Assembly (NCBI GenBank): GCA_964387275.1
Contig: CAYLVW010000002.1
Location: forward strand, 1 to 58,236
Origin: an uncultured Candidatus Saccharibacteria bacterium
GTDB lineage: Bacteria; Patescibacteriota; WWE3; UBA101185; UBA10185
Reading direction: 5' to 3'
DNA length: 58,236 nt
Position 1 is the first letter of the stretch; every line of letters starts with the position of its first letter. The notes under the pieces were generated by a model. The model did not search any database. It had not been told where the DNA came from and was given only the letters and a program-made list of their open reading frames with translations. Shown here one piece after another: positions 18,546 to 27,937 of the stretch. A program made the position numbers and the translations under genes.

Positions 18546-19770
18546 TTCTTTTTGGTTTGGTTTTTTTCCAAACATCAGTTAAATAAGCGTGTCTACGCTT
18601 TTTTTCTTTTAAGGAAATGTCATCTTTATAGAATCTTTCAGCGGGAGTACCCTTACGAGGGGAATAAATAGAGATGTAAGCAACATTAAAAGGTACTCTT
18701 TTAAAAAGTTCTACTGTATCCATAAACTGCTCTTTAGTCTCACCGGGAAATCCAACAATAATGTCAGTGCCTAATTCAATATTAGGCTTTTCCTTTTTTA
18801 TATGTTCTACTAAATCTATAAAACTTTCTACAGTATGCCTTCTGTTCATTTTCTTTAGTATTTCGTTATTACCTGACTGAACAGCTATATGTAGATAATT
18901 ACTGATTTTAGGTGATTTTAAAGCATCTATTAAATCTGACGTAAAATCAAAGGGGTTTGAAGAAATAAAATTAACCCTACTTACTTTATCAATAGAGCAA
19001 ATCTCTCTTAACAATCCTGCAAAGGGTAATTTTTGGTCACTACCGGTTCTGATCTCAAATTTCACAGTAGTAGGCAATCCCCAAGAATTAACATTTTGCC
19101 CACACAAAGTTATCTCACTTACACCCCTTGAAACTAAATGATTTACTTCCCTTAATATGTCTTGTTTGGATCTGGATGTTTCAGCACCTCTTGCATAAGG
19201 AACAACACAAAACGTACAAAAATTATCACAGCCATAAGAAACGTTTACAAAAGCGGAAGTCGGACTGTCTAAAACTAAAGATACTTTATTCGGATCAAAT
19301 TTTTTTAAAGCCCATTCATCTAAAACACCTTTTTCGTATAAAAAATTAGGTAGTGAAAATATCTGAGAAGGATTAGTATACATATCCGCCCAGGGTGTTT
19401 TCTTTTCCAACTCTATAAATTCATATCTTTTCCTATCACCTGAAACTGACCCAACCATGCAACCGGAAAGTACAACAAATGGCTTGGAATTATAAGTTTC
19501 TTGCACTTTTTTTAACACCCTCCCCATACCATAAACTTTATCTTCGCTTTTTTGTCTTATAGAACAAGTATTTATAATAACAAGGTCAACATTTGAAAAC
19601 ACCTCCTCTAACTCAGCTTCTTCATTTTGGTGTTTTACATCTGGTTGGTATCTCTCAAAATTTAGACTCTCCAAAATCCCTGCCATAGTATTAGAATCAG
19701 CAACGTTTGCCTGACATCCAAATGTCTTTATATAGTATTTCTTAGGTTTATAGGATTCGCTGTTTTCCAT
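18538..19770 (-). CDS. miaB: Radical-SAM methylthiotransferase MiaB-like, apparently lacking the TRAM domain
   Basis: UPF0004 motif YIKTFGCQANVADS and radical-SAM CDNFCTFCVVP. Ends about 28 aa after SPRKGTPA. Confidence 0.8.
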   Translation of the reverse strand: MENSESYKPKKYYIKTFGCQANVADSNTMAGILESLNFERYQPDVKHQNEEAELEEVFSNVDLVIINTCSIRQKSEDKVYGMGRVLKKVQETYNSKPFVVLSGCMVGSVSGDRKRYEFIELEKKTPWADMYTNPSQIFSLPNFLYEKGVLDEWALKKFDPNKVSLVLDSPTSAFVNVSYGCDNFCTFCVVPYARGAETSRSKQDILREVNHLVSRGVSEITLCGQNVNSWGLPTTVKFEIRTGSDQKLPFAGLLREICSIDKVSRVNFISSNPFDFTSDLIDALKSPKISNYLHIAVQSGNNEILKKMNRRHTVESFIDLVEHIKKEKPNIELGTDIIVGFPGETKEQFMDTVELFKRVPFNVAYISIYSPRKGTPAERFYKDDISLKEKKRRHAYLTDVWKKTKPKRNG

Positions 19771-19794
19771 AAAGCGGATTATATCAACATCGCA

Positions 19795-20133
19795 TTAAAT
19801 AAGCTCGGCCCCGTTTTCTATGACAGTCTTAGCTACTAGAAAAGTTGGTTTACCCTCTGTGTTACTAGCAGCGAAGATCATTCCTTCAGAAATCATACCC
19901 ATCATCCTTCTCGGCTTTAAATTAAGCACAAAGGTTGTCTGTAGATTTAGCATTTCCTCTGGTTTATACCATTTCTTCATACCTGTTAGAACGGTTCTAA
20001 CACCTACAGAAGCTCCAAAATCTACAGTTAGTTTTAGAAGTTTATCAGACCCATCTATCTCCTCACAGTTAGTAATAGTACCTACTCTAATATCAATTTT
20101 CTCAAGATCTTGAATTTCAATTTCTGGCTTCAT
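19795..20133 (-). CDS. Stand-alone tRNA-binding domain protein (CsaA/Trbp111/MetRS C-terminal-like)
   Basis: IRVGTI..CEEIDGSDKLLKLTVDFG...VLTGM OB-fold signature. 112 aa. Confidence 0.75.
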   Translation of the reverse strand: MKPEIEIQDLEKIDIRVGTITNCEEIDGSDKLLKLTVDFGASVGVRTVLTGMKKWYKPEEMLNLQTTFVLNLKPRRMMGMISEGMIFAASNTEGKPTFLVAKTVIENGAELI

Positions 20134-20224
20134 GTCAACGATTATAGCAGAGAGACACTGTTATAAGGCGGATTTGGAAAAACGGCTTCAAAAGTTTATA
20201 ATCCTGGGAGTAAAGGGAGGGCGC

Positions 20225-20638
20225 ATGGACGGATTCGCCAGAATTCTGGGTTTTGGAGCACTAATTGGGCTTGTGGTAATTTTGATAAGAAATGCATTCA
20301 ATAGATCAAATCCTAATGTTGAGGTCCAAATTGGTGATAGCAGTGTTGAAATTATCACACTTGTTCCCGCTAGAGGCAGCAAAATCACTGCCTACATAAT
20401 TCCTACTAATGTGCTGGGAATAATAGGATGGAGGGTAGTTATTAGTGCTTACAATGGGGAATCCGATGAGCTTGGTAGGACTGAGGGTTCTTTTGTGGTC
20501 CTTACTAAGGATTACACTATATGTACGCACTCAGACAACATAAGATTCGACAGGGTAGGTGAGTCATTGGAGCTTCTAAACGCCTACGAGGTAGAACTTG
20601 TAGGTAATACCATAGTTATCAGTACTAGTATAAAGTAA
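20225..20638 (+). CDS. Hypothetical membrane-anchored protein
   Basis: ATG 20225 is preceded by AGGGAGGG, while the track start is 20132. One N-terminal TM helix, then beta-rich sequence. Confidence 0.5.
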   Translation: MDGFARILGFGALIGLVVILIRNAFNRSNPNVEVQIGDSSVEIITLVPARGSKITAYIIPTNVLGIIGWRVVISAYNGESDELGRTEGSFVVLTKDYTICTHSDNIRFDRVGESLELLNAYEVELVGNTIVISTSIK

Positions 20639-21018
20639 TGGAAATCCAAAACGTAATGCTTGTAGTGGTAGGAATTATTATACTTGGCGTTATTGTATAT
20701 ACAGAATATATAAGAGTTAAACCAAAAGAGTACACTGTATTCACAAACTTGCCAAACGTGCAGTCTCTAAAAATTTATACGGATTGGGGCATCGAAGTTT
20801 TGTCAATTGAACAGACTACTAATGGAGTCTTGCACACGATTACACTAGAAATAAAGTTTAAAGATGTCATAACCAGACTCTTCTTAAATTATGCAAAGCA
20901 AGGATATTTTGTCTCTGCTGAAGGTGATTACGTGCAGGTATTTAGTTCACAGTTTATAGGCGATCAGTTTTTTATCTATAGGGATAATGGCAAGGCTGTT
21001 GTGGAGATGGTTCACTAG
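20638..21018 (+). CDS. Hypothetical membrane-anchored protein
   Basis: TAATG stop/start overlap with the upstream ORF. One N-terminal TM helix. Confidence 0.5.
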   Translation: MEIQNVMLVVVGIIILGVIVYTEYIRVKPKEYTVFTNLPNVQSLKIYTDWGIEVLSIEQTTNGVLHTITLEIKFKDVITRLFLNYAKQGYFVSAEGDYVQVFSSQFIGDQFFIYRDNGKAVVEMVH

Positions 21019-21036
21019 GGTTGGTTTATTCGGCTA

Positions 21037-21069
21037 GGGCCGGGCAAAAACACAGTTTTTGCCCGGCCC
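21037..21069. terminator. Bidirectional rho-independent terminator between convergent genes
   Basis: GGGCCGGGCAAAAA / TTTTTGCCCGGCCC perfect 14-bp stem with a 5-nt loop. The A/T runs are built into the stem ends. Confidence 0.8.
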
Positions 21070-21077
21070 TTATCCAA

Positions 21078-21087
21078 CCCCCCCCCC
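21078..21087. repeat. Intergenic C10 homopolymer
   Basis: Ten consecutive C residues, 8 nt after the terminator. Confidence 0.9.
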
Positions 21088-21158
21088 AAGACCATAAAAC
21101 TATAAGACAATAAAACATTCTAAACTAAATTCAAAAAAAACAAAATAAAAATACCCGA

Positions 21159-22271
21159 CTACTCCAACAAAGCCTTTTGCCCAACCTCATCCGCCCCACC
21201 CTCTAAAGCATGGATACTGTCAATCTTAGACAAAAACTTCTCATACTTTACTTTAACCTGACCAACAGATTTATATGCATCGCTTATGTGACCCTCCATT
21301 CTTGAAAAATCTACATAAAACTTGTCAGCTTCTACCTTGAGACCTTTTAAAGCGTTTAGAATCTCGCCTGCATGTTTTCCTAATTCATTTTGCTGATAAG
21401 CAACTAGGACCACCTTTAAGAAATACGACAATGTATTTGGAGAGGCCATCAAAACATTCTTTTGTCGGGAGTATTCTTCGATTTGTGGTGAATTTACTAT
21501 TAGTTCATAAAATACGTTCTCTGAAGGAACATACATTACAGCTTGCTCAGTAGTACCTTCTCCGGGCAAAATATATTTCTTAGAAATCTCATCAATCCTC
21601 TTTTTTACATCTGATTCAAAAACTTTTTTAGCCTTATCCCTAGCATCACCACTCTCTAAAGTCTGCATTAGTTTAAAATTCTCCAAAGGAAATTTAGAAT
21701 CAATTGGAATAATACCTTTGTCAGTTAAAATAACTGCATCACAAATACTGCCGTCTTTAAACTTATACTGTGTTTTATATAAAGAGTTTGGCAAAAAATT
21801 AGCCAAAATCTCATACAAAAATTGTTCACCCAATCCGCCCCTAAGCTTAGGTGATTTCAAAACATTACTTAAGTCCTTCATATCTTTTCCAAACTCATTT
21901 ATACCCCCAAGCTGAGAGTGTAACTTATTCATTACGTCTTGGGCATTCTCAAGTCTTTCAGATATTAGCTTTGTCTGATTAAACATTACTTGGGATTGGT
22001 TTTTTAGTTGCTGATTTAATAAATCATTTTGATTTTTCATCTGCTGATCAATTGTGGATCTCTGATCATTAAGCTGCTTATTTAATACATCACTATTTTT
22101 CTCTACAGAAGACTTCATCTCTTTTAACCACTCCATTAGTATCGGATCTGTACCTTTATTACCAAGCTCCTCTTTTAGAGTGTTAATTTGAGATATTAGT
22201 TGATAAAGAATAAAACCTAAAACTGCTAAAACGATAATTACTAGTATTGCGATAATAAATTGCATATTCAT
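21159..22271 (-). CDS. rmuC: DNA recombination protein RmuC
   Basis: N-terminal TM, a Q/N-rich coiled coil and the RmuC core (LRGGLGEQFLYEIL...DAVI...IDSKFP). Confidence 0.8.
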   Translation of the reverse strand: MNMQFIIAILVIIVLAVLGFILYQLISQINTLKEELGNKGTDPILMEWLKEMKSSVEKNSDVLNKQLNDQRSTIDQQMKNQNDLLNQQLKNQSQVMFNQTKLISERLENAQDVMNKLHSQLGGINEFGKDMKDLSNVLKSPKLRGGLGEQFLYEILANFLPNSLYKTQYKFKDGSICDAVILTDKGIIPIDSKFPLENFKLMQTLESGDARDKAKKVFESDVKKRIDEISKKYILPGEGTTEQAVMYVPSENVFYELIVNSPQIEEYSRQKNVLMASPNTLSYFLKVVLVAYQQNELGKHAGEILNALKGLKVEADKFYVDFSRMEGHISDAYKSVGQVKVKYEKFLSKIDSIHALEGGADEVGQKALLE

Positions 22272-22329
22272 TTAAATATTTTAACACTTCCGAATAAATT
22301 CCGAAGCGCTATTTACAGATATAAAATTT

Positions 22330-22743
22330 GTGCAATATATAAGGAAAAAGTATACTTTGCTCATGCCAAAATTCATGTACACAATAGTAGGGCTCACAAT
22401 TATAAACTGGCTGATTCTTTTGTCTATAGTATCTAATATTGAACCGAATCAATTTCTTGTCCTAGCAGTTTTTTTGCCGTTATTATTCGTAACAATGTCC
22501 TTAACAATATCTACAGTAATATATGTTATAACTTCGAGAAAATTTACTAAATTTAGATTATTTAATGAAAAGGTGCATTTCCGTAACTGCTCAAAATGGG
22601 GAATTTATGGATCATCCGTTGCAATTTCGATCTTACTCCTCAGAGCTATTCATTTTTTTAACCTAGTTACATTTATAGTGCTCGTAATAATATTTGGATT
22701 TATTTATTGGTACCTCAGAAAAAAGATACCAACCATATGGTAG
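22330..22743 (+). CDS. Hypothetical polytopic membrane protein
   Basis: Four hydrophobic helices. The start is uncertain: a non-ATG codon at 22330 or the ATG at 22363. Confidence 0.45.
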   Translation: MQYIRKKYTLLMPKFMYTIVGLTIINWLILLSIVSNIEPNQFLVLAVFLPLLFVTMSLTISTVIYVITSRKFTKFRLFNEKVHFRNCSKWGIYGSSVAISILLLRAIHFFNLVTFIVLVIIFGFIYWYLRKKIPTIW

Positions 22744-22752
22744 AATCCAGAA

Positions 22753-24189
22753 ATGATATTCGATCCTAGCAAGAAATTTTTAATTACGACTGCTATCGAC
22801 TACACCAACGATACTATCCATATCGGCCATGCATATGAAAAGGTCTTAGCAGATGCATGGGCAAGATTCTTAAAACAACGTATGGGTGATAACAAAGTTT
22901 TTTTTGTTACAGGAACGGATGAACACGGAACAACAAACGAGAAGGCAGCTGCTAAAAAAAATGTACCCGTTACCCAACATGTAACAGAAATAAGCAATGG
23001 GAATAAGGAGCAGTATAAGCATCTAAATCTAGACTATGATAGATTTATCAGAACAACAGATCAAGACCATATCAATAATGCTTCAAATTTTTTTAAAAAA
23101 TCTTTTGATAATGGATTCATATATAAAGGTAAGTACGAAGGCTTATATTGTGAAGGTTGTGAATCATATAAAACGCTGTCAGAGTTGGTAGACGGTAAAT
23201 GCTCGTTACACCCAACTAGAGAGATCCAAAAGTACCAAGAAGATAATTATTTCTTTAAGTGGTCTCATTTTAATGAGTTCTTAAAAGATTTACTCATTAA
23301 TGACAAACTAGTAATTTACCCAAAATCTAGAAAAATAGAAATGCTCTCATTACTGGAAAAAGGTTTAGAAGATATTCCTGTAACAAGGCCAAAATTTAAA
23401 CTATCCTGGGGTATTACTTGCCCAGTTGATGAAACACAAGTTCTATATGTCTGGTTTGATGCACTAATAAACTACCATACAGCTGGAAAACCTCTCGGAT
23501 ATTGGCAAGAAGACACAGAAATTATACATTTCGTCGGAAAAGATATTGCAAGGTGGCACACACTTTTATGGCCGGCTATGTTAAAAAGTGTGGACGAAAA
23601 ACTTCCTAATTACGTTAATATACACGCATTCATGAATCTAAATGGGCAAAAGATTAGCAAATCTACAGGAAATCTCATAAGACCTGATGATATAACACAG
23701 ATTATCGATAGTGACGCTCTTAGATGGTACTTACTAAAATTCGGCCCAGCAAGTGAGGATGTGGATATATCAATTAACCACATAAAAGAGGTGTACAACG
23801 CAGACCTAGCCAATGGGTTAGGAAACGCAGTTGCAAGGGTTGCAAAATTAGCAGAAAGGTCTGGATTTGAATTTCCGGCAGACAGCCTAAGGTTATCTAC
23901 AGAAGAGTTAGACATCTATAAACCTCTTGAGGAGTTTAGGATGGATAATGTTGTAAACAATATTTCTACATACATATCCCTGCTAGATCAAGAAATAAAC
24001 AAAGATACTCCCTGGGCAGAAAAAGATGAAATAAAACTTAAAACAAAATTGACTAAGTATGTGGAATGGATTAGAAAAATAGCCTACTTAATAACTCCTT
24101 TAATGCCCAATACTGCGGATAAAATTAACAGGCAATTTGGTAGTAATAAGGTTGTCTCAACGGAAGGAATTTTCCCTAGAATTATATGA
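22753..24189 (+). CDS. metG: Methionyl-tRNA synthetase (no C-terminal tRNA-binding appendix)
   Basis: HIGH-type motif HIGHAY, zinc knuckle CEGCES...CSLH and KMSKS-type motif KISKS. 478 aa. Confidence 0.9.
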   Translation: MIFDPSKKFLITTAIDYTNDTIHIGHAYEKVLADAWARFLKQRMGDNKVFFVTGTDEHGTTNEKAAAKKNVPVTQHVTEISNGNKEQYKHLNLDYDRFIRTTDQDHINNASNFFKKSFDNGFIYKGKYEGLYCEGCESYKTLSELVDGKCSLHPTREIQKYQEDNYFFKWSHFNEFLKDLLINDKLVIYPKSRKIEMLSLLEKGLEDIPVTRPKFKLSWGITCPVDETQVLYVWFDALINYHTAGKPLGYWQEDTEIIHFVGKDIARWHTLLWPAMLKSVDEKLPNYVNIHAFMNLNGQKISKSTGNLIRPDDITQIIDSDALRWYLLKFGPASEDVDISINHIKEVYNADLANGLGNAVARVAKLAERSGFEFPADSLRLSTEELDIYKPLEEFRMDNVVNNISTYISLLDQEINKDTPWAEKDEIKLKTKLTKYVEWIRKIAYLITPLMPNTADKINRQFGSNKVVSTEGIFPRII

Positions 24190-25196
24190 AAAAAATCTTA
24201 ATAACAAGATCATTGCCACAATTAATAATAGACAATTTAAGTGCATACAAAGAACTTGAACTAGATGTTAGAAACGGAGATCCCCTATCTCCAGGAGAAC
24301 TGGCAGCAGCTATCAGAGAAAAAGATGCAGTAATCTCTTGTATACCAGATAAAATTGATGCTGATATATTAAGAGCTGCAGGTCCCAAGTTAAAGCTAAT
24401 AGCACAGTATGCAATTGGTTATGACAATATTGATGTCGAAACAGCCACCAAAATGGGTATTTATATTACAAATACTCCGGGGGATTTAACAGAATCAATC
24501 GCCGAGCACACATTAGGATTAATGCTTGCAGTAAGCAGAAAAATACTTGAAGGAGATAGATATGTTAGGGAAAATAAGTACCATTTCTTTGATCCAATGA
24601 TTTTTTATGGAAGTAAATTATCAGGTAAAACAATAGGTATAGTGGGTTTGGGGGGAACAGGTTCACATTTGGCAAAAATTTGTAAAAGCGGCTTGGGTAT
24701 GAAAGTTTTATATACAGATGTTAATAGGAATATAGATATAGAAAAATCCCTAAAAGCTCAGTACTCAACACTAGAAGATCTATTAGAAAACTCTGATATC
24801 GTAACACTAAATTGCCCTCTTAATGAATCCACACACCACTTAATAGGAGAAAAAGAATTAAGAAAAATGAAACCAACCGCGATACTTATAAATACCGCGA
24901 GAGGCGCTGTAATTAATGAAGAAGCACTGATAACAGCACTAAAAGAAAATTGGATTGAAGGTGCGGGGATTGATGTATTTGAAGATGAGCAGCAACTAAA
25001 CACAAAACTTTTTGAATTAAACAACATAGTAATGACACCCCATATTGCATCGGCTACCAGAGAAGCAAGAACACAAATGGCAAAAATGGTAATAGAAAAT
25101 GTTCTAGAAGTTTTAGTAAGAGATAAGGCACCAATAAACCTTGTGAACAAAGAACTGCTAAAAACTAAACAACCGGACAATTTACAGGAACTGTAA
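24186..25196 (+). CDS. D-isomer-specific 2-hydroxyacid dehydrogenase (glyoxylate/hydroxypyruvate reductase-like)
   Basis: NAD motif GIVGLGGTGS, plus NTARG and MTPHIASAT. ATGA overlap with metG. Confidence 0.85.
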   Translation: MKKILITRSLPQLIIDNLSAYKELELDVRNGDPLSPGELAAAIREKDAVISCIPDKIDADILRAAGPKLKLIAQYAIGYDNIDVETATKMGIYITNTPGDLTESIAEHTLGLMLAVSRKILEGDRYVRENKYHFFDPMIFYGSKLSGKTIGIVGLGGTGSHLAKICKSGLGMKVLYTDVNRNIDIEKSLKAQYSTLEDLLENSDIVTLNCPLNESTHHLIGEKELRKMKPTAILINTARGAVINEEALITALKENWIEGAGIDVFEDEQQLNTKLFELNNIVMTPHIASATREARTQMAKMVIENVLEVLVRDKAPINLVNKELLKTKQPDNLQEL

Positions 25197-25232
25197 TTAT
25201 TATTTGTATTTAATTTGGGTATAATAAATACT

Positions 25233-26222
25233 ATGAATGAATTTCTAAAAAGAAACCTACCAATACTATTAATAGGCGTCCTTACTGTCGGTATATTTGG
25301 CGGTATAATTATCCTAAGTCAGTTCAAAAAAGAAAACCCAACTCCTCAAAAAGTTGAAATAGTCCCCGAAGAAACCCTTGTATCGGCAGATAGTTTATAT
25401 GTTGGTAAAGAAGATGCTCCTGTAGTACTAGTTGAATTTGCTGATTTTGAATGCCCTGCTTGTAAGGTATTTAGCCCAATTATTAAAAGATTCTACAGTG
25501 ATAATCAGGATATAATTAAGGTCGTCTTAAAACACTACCCACTACCGCAACACACTTTAGCAAAGAGTGCTGCGAATGCAGCAGAAGCTGCAGGAGAACA
25601 GGGTAAGTTTTGGGAATACGCTACAGTGCTTTACGAAAATCAACCAAACTTTAGTAGAGACAACTATATAAAATTTGCTGGTGATATAGGGCTAGATGTT
25701 ACGAAGTTTGCAAATGACCTGGACGCTAATAAATATAATGACAAAATAAAAAGGGATATGGACCTTGCTAACAGTTTAAATGTAAATGCCACCCCTACAT
25801 TTTACTTAAATGGTAAAAAGCTGGTTTTCTCAACATTCGATGAATTTACTCAACAAATTCAAGATGAAATAAACAAAGCAAAAGAAAGTATGAACATAGA
25901 GGTACAAAATGGAAATGAAGTACCAAGAGAACCACTAACAAACACAAGAACAGAAACTGTTACTATAAATTACACAAAAGATATAGGATTAAAACCAGCA
26001 AATGTTACTGCATACACTGGACAAATAGTTCGGATAACAAATCAAACTGATAAGGATTTGACCCTACTACAAATCGGCGACTTCTTCCCCGAGTATAAAG
26101 AGAAAGAAATAGTTATTAAAGCTTCAGAGTATTTAGAGAAAAAGATGGAAAAAGAAGGAATGTGGACATTCAAAGAAAAAGAAACGGATCGGGGCGGTAG
26201 TGTATATATAAGAAGTAATTAA
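25233..26222 (+). CDS. DsbA-family thiol:disulfide oxidoreductase with extra C-terminal beta-rich domain
   Basis: N-terminal TM, CPAC active site (FADFECPACKVF) and about 100 additional C-terminal aa. ATG 25233 is preferred over the track start 25215. Confidence 0.75.
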   Translation: MNEFLKRNLPILLIGVLTVGIFGGIIILSQFKKENPTPQKVEIVPEETLVSADSLYVGKEDAPVVLVEFADFECPACKVFSPIIKRFYSDNQDIIKVVLKHYPLPQHTLAKSAANAAEAAGEQGKFWEYATVLYENQPNFSRDNYIKFAGDIGLDVTKFANDLDANKYNDKIKRDMDLANSLNVNATPTFYLNGKKLVFSTFDEFTQQIQDEINKAKESMNIEVQNGNEVPREPLTNTRTETVTINYTKDIGLKPANVTAYTGQIVRITNQTDKDLTLLQIGDFFPEYKEKEIVIKASEYLEKKMEKEGMWTFKEKETDRGGSVYIRSN

Positions 26223-26851
26223 GCTCTATCAAAAGAGGGGCAAATGTCTTTAAAAATACATTCGTGACATTTAGGTTTTTTTGCAACACAAGTATACCTA
26301 CCATGCAGTACTATACCAGCTGAGTAGTTCCTCCAAGTTTCCTTCGGCAGTAAAGCCATTAAGTCACGTTCTATTTTTACAGGGTCAGTGTTTTTGGTAA
26401 AACCAAGTCTTGTAGAAACCCTTGTTATATGGGTATCTACAACTATACCCTCTGAAATGTCCCACAATTCCTGAAGAATAACATTAGCGCTCTTTCTTGC
26501 TACACCAGGTATTTGAATCAACTCTGCAATTGTTTTTGGCAATTGCCCACCAAACATAGACAGCACAGTCTTACCTGCGGCAATAAGTCTTTCTGCCTTA
26601 CCCTTATGGAAATTTACACCGTATATGTCATCAGTAAGAAGGGGCAAAGAAGCGTTTGCAAAATCCTCCCATGATTTATACTTTTTAAATAGATTTGCTG
26701 TAACTTCATTAACTTTCTTATCTGTAGTTTGAGCAGACAACATTACCGCAACAGCAAGTTGCATCTCATTTGAGTAGATTAGCTCAGTAACAGGATTTGG
26801 ATATTGTTTCTTTAATCTTATTGTAACTTCTGTGGATAAATTTGTGGGCAT
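26219..26851 (-). CDS. nth: Endonuclease III
   Basis: HhH-GPD core (IPGVARKSANV, D at VVDTH) and a C-terminal 4Fe-4S cluster, C-x6-C-x2-C-x5-C. Confidence 0.9.
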   Translation of the reverse strand: MPTNLSTEVTIRLKKQYPNPVTELIYSNEMQLAVAVMLSAQTTDKKVNEVTANLFKKYKSWEDFANASLPLLTDDIYGVNFHKGKAERLIAAGKTVLSMFGGQLPKTIAELIQIPGVARKSANVILQELWDISEGIVVDTHITRVSTRLGFTKNTDPVKIERDLMALLPKETWRNYSAGIVLHGRYTCVAKKPKCHECIFKDICPSFDRA

Positions 26852-26869
26852 TGTTAAATTTTACCACGC

Positions 26870-27784
26870 CTAAAATAAACCCAGTTGAGAATCACTAGAA
26901 TTGCTAGGACTTAATTTTACTTCATCTTCTAAACCTAAACGTCTAAGTAAAGATTTGAACCTCATCTCAACAAAAAATTCTCTTAACACATCTTTATCAA
27001 AACCTTTATAAAGACAAGCTGATAAATCTGTCTCTATAGGGGCATCTCGAATAACAGTTGCAAGTTTTTTACTTTGCATAGCAATCTCATAGCTCTCTAG
27101 CAACTTCTTACGTAGAGAATCAGGAGTGACTTTATCAATATTCTTGTAAACTGAGTCAAGATCTCCAAATTCAGAAATCAGCCTCATGGCTGTTTTTTCA
27201 CCAATTCCGTGAACTCCGGGTATATTATCACTCAAATCTCCTCTAAGACCCTTATAATCGGGGATTAAAATAGGATCAAATCCCATCTTTGCTTTGGCTT
27301 CCTTTAAACCAACCCAATCAGCAGTACCTTTAGTTGTAGGAGACATTATCAACACATTCTCATCAATGAGTTGCCACATATCGCGGTCATTGGAAGCTAT
27401 AACAACCTGAGATGAATTCTTAAAATGGTCAGCATAAGTTGCAATAATATCATCGGCCTCATAACCTTCTTGAACAATTTTTTTTATACCAAAAGCGTCT
27501 AACAACGAAAATACCTTATCAATCTGGGGAACCAAATCAGGGTCCATCTCAGCTCTGTGGGCTTTATATTGAGTAAATTCTTCAACCCTAAATGTCGGCT
27601 TTTTACCATCAAGTGCTGCAAGCACATGAGTAGGCTTCAATAAATCCAAAATACTAATAACCATTGAAGCAACACCGTATACTGCATTAGAAGGTTTACC
27701 ATCTTTCGATGTAAGAGTTTTTGGCAGTGCGTGAAATGCCCTATGCAAAAAGTTAAATGTATCTATAAGTAATAGTTTATTCAT
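26870..27784 (-). CDS. 5'-3' exonuclease (FEN / Pol I N-terminal domain-like)
   Basis: LLLIDTFNFLHRAFHA, ..EADD.., and an H3TH motif DNIPGVHGIGEKTA. ATG 27784 (MNKLLLID) is preferred. Confidence 0.85.
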   Translation of the reverse strand: MNKLLLIDTFNFLHRAFHALPKTLTSKDGKPSNAVYGVASMVISILDLLKPTHVLAALDGKKPTFRVEEFTQYKAHRAEMDPDLVPQIDKVFSLLDAFGIKKIVQEGYEADDIIATYADHFKNSSQVVIASNDRDMWQLIDENVLIMSPTTKGTADWVGLKEAKAKMGFDPILIPDYKGLRGDLSDNIPGVHGIGEKTAMRLISEFGDLDSVYKNIDKVTPDSLRKKLLESYEIAMQSKKLATVIRDAPIETDLSACLYKGFDKDVLREFFVEMRFKSLLRRLGLEDEVKLSPSNSSDSQLGLF

Positions 27785-27937
27785 AAATAAAAACCCACAA
27801 GATGAGGCATCCGCCGCCCTTAGTTTCAAGTGTAAGAAAAACTACGCCCCCATCCCTATGGTTAAGGCCCCACACTTTCCAACTACAAAATAATAATCTT
27901 GCAAACATCTGTGTGTACATTAGATAATCAAATCAGA

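Noticed and set aside
26831-26839. Perfect DnaA-box complement TGTGGATAA, plus a 1-mismatch box at 35893..35901.
   Set aside because: Both are single boxes inside coding regions (nth and GH1). They are not clustered and not next to an AT-rich unwinding region, so they are not evidence for oriC.
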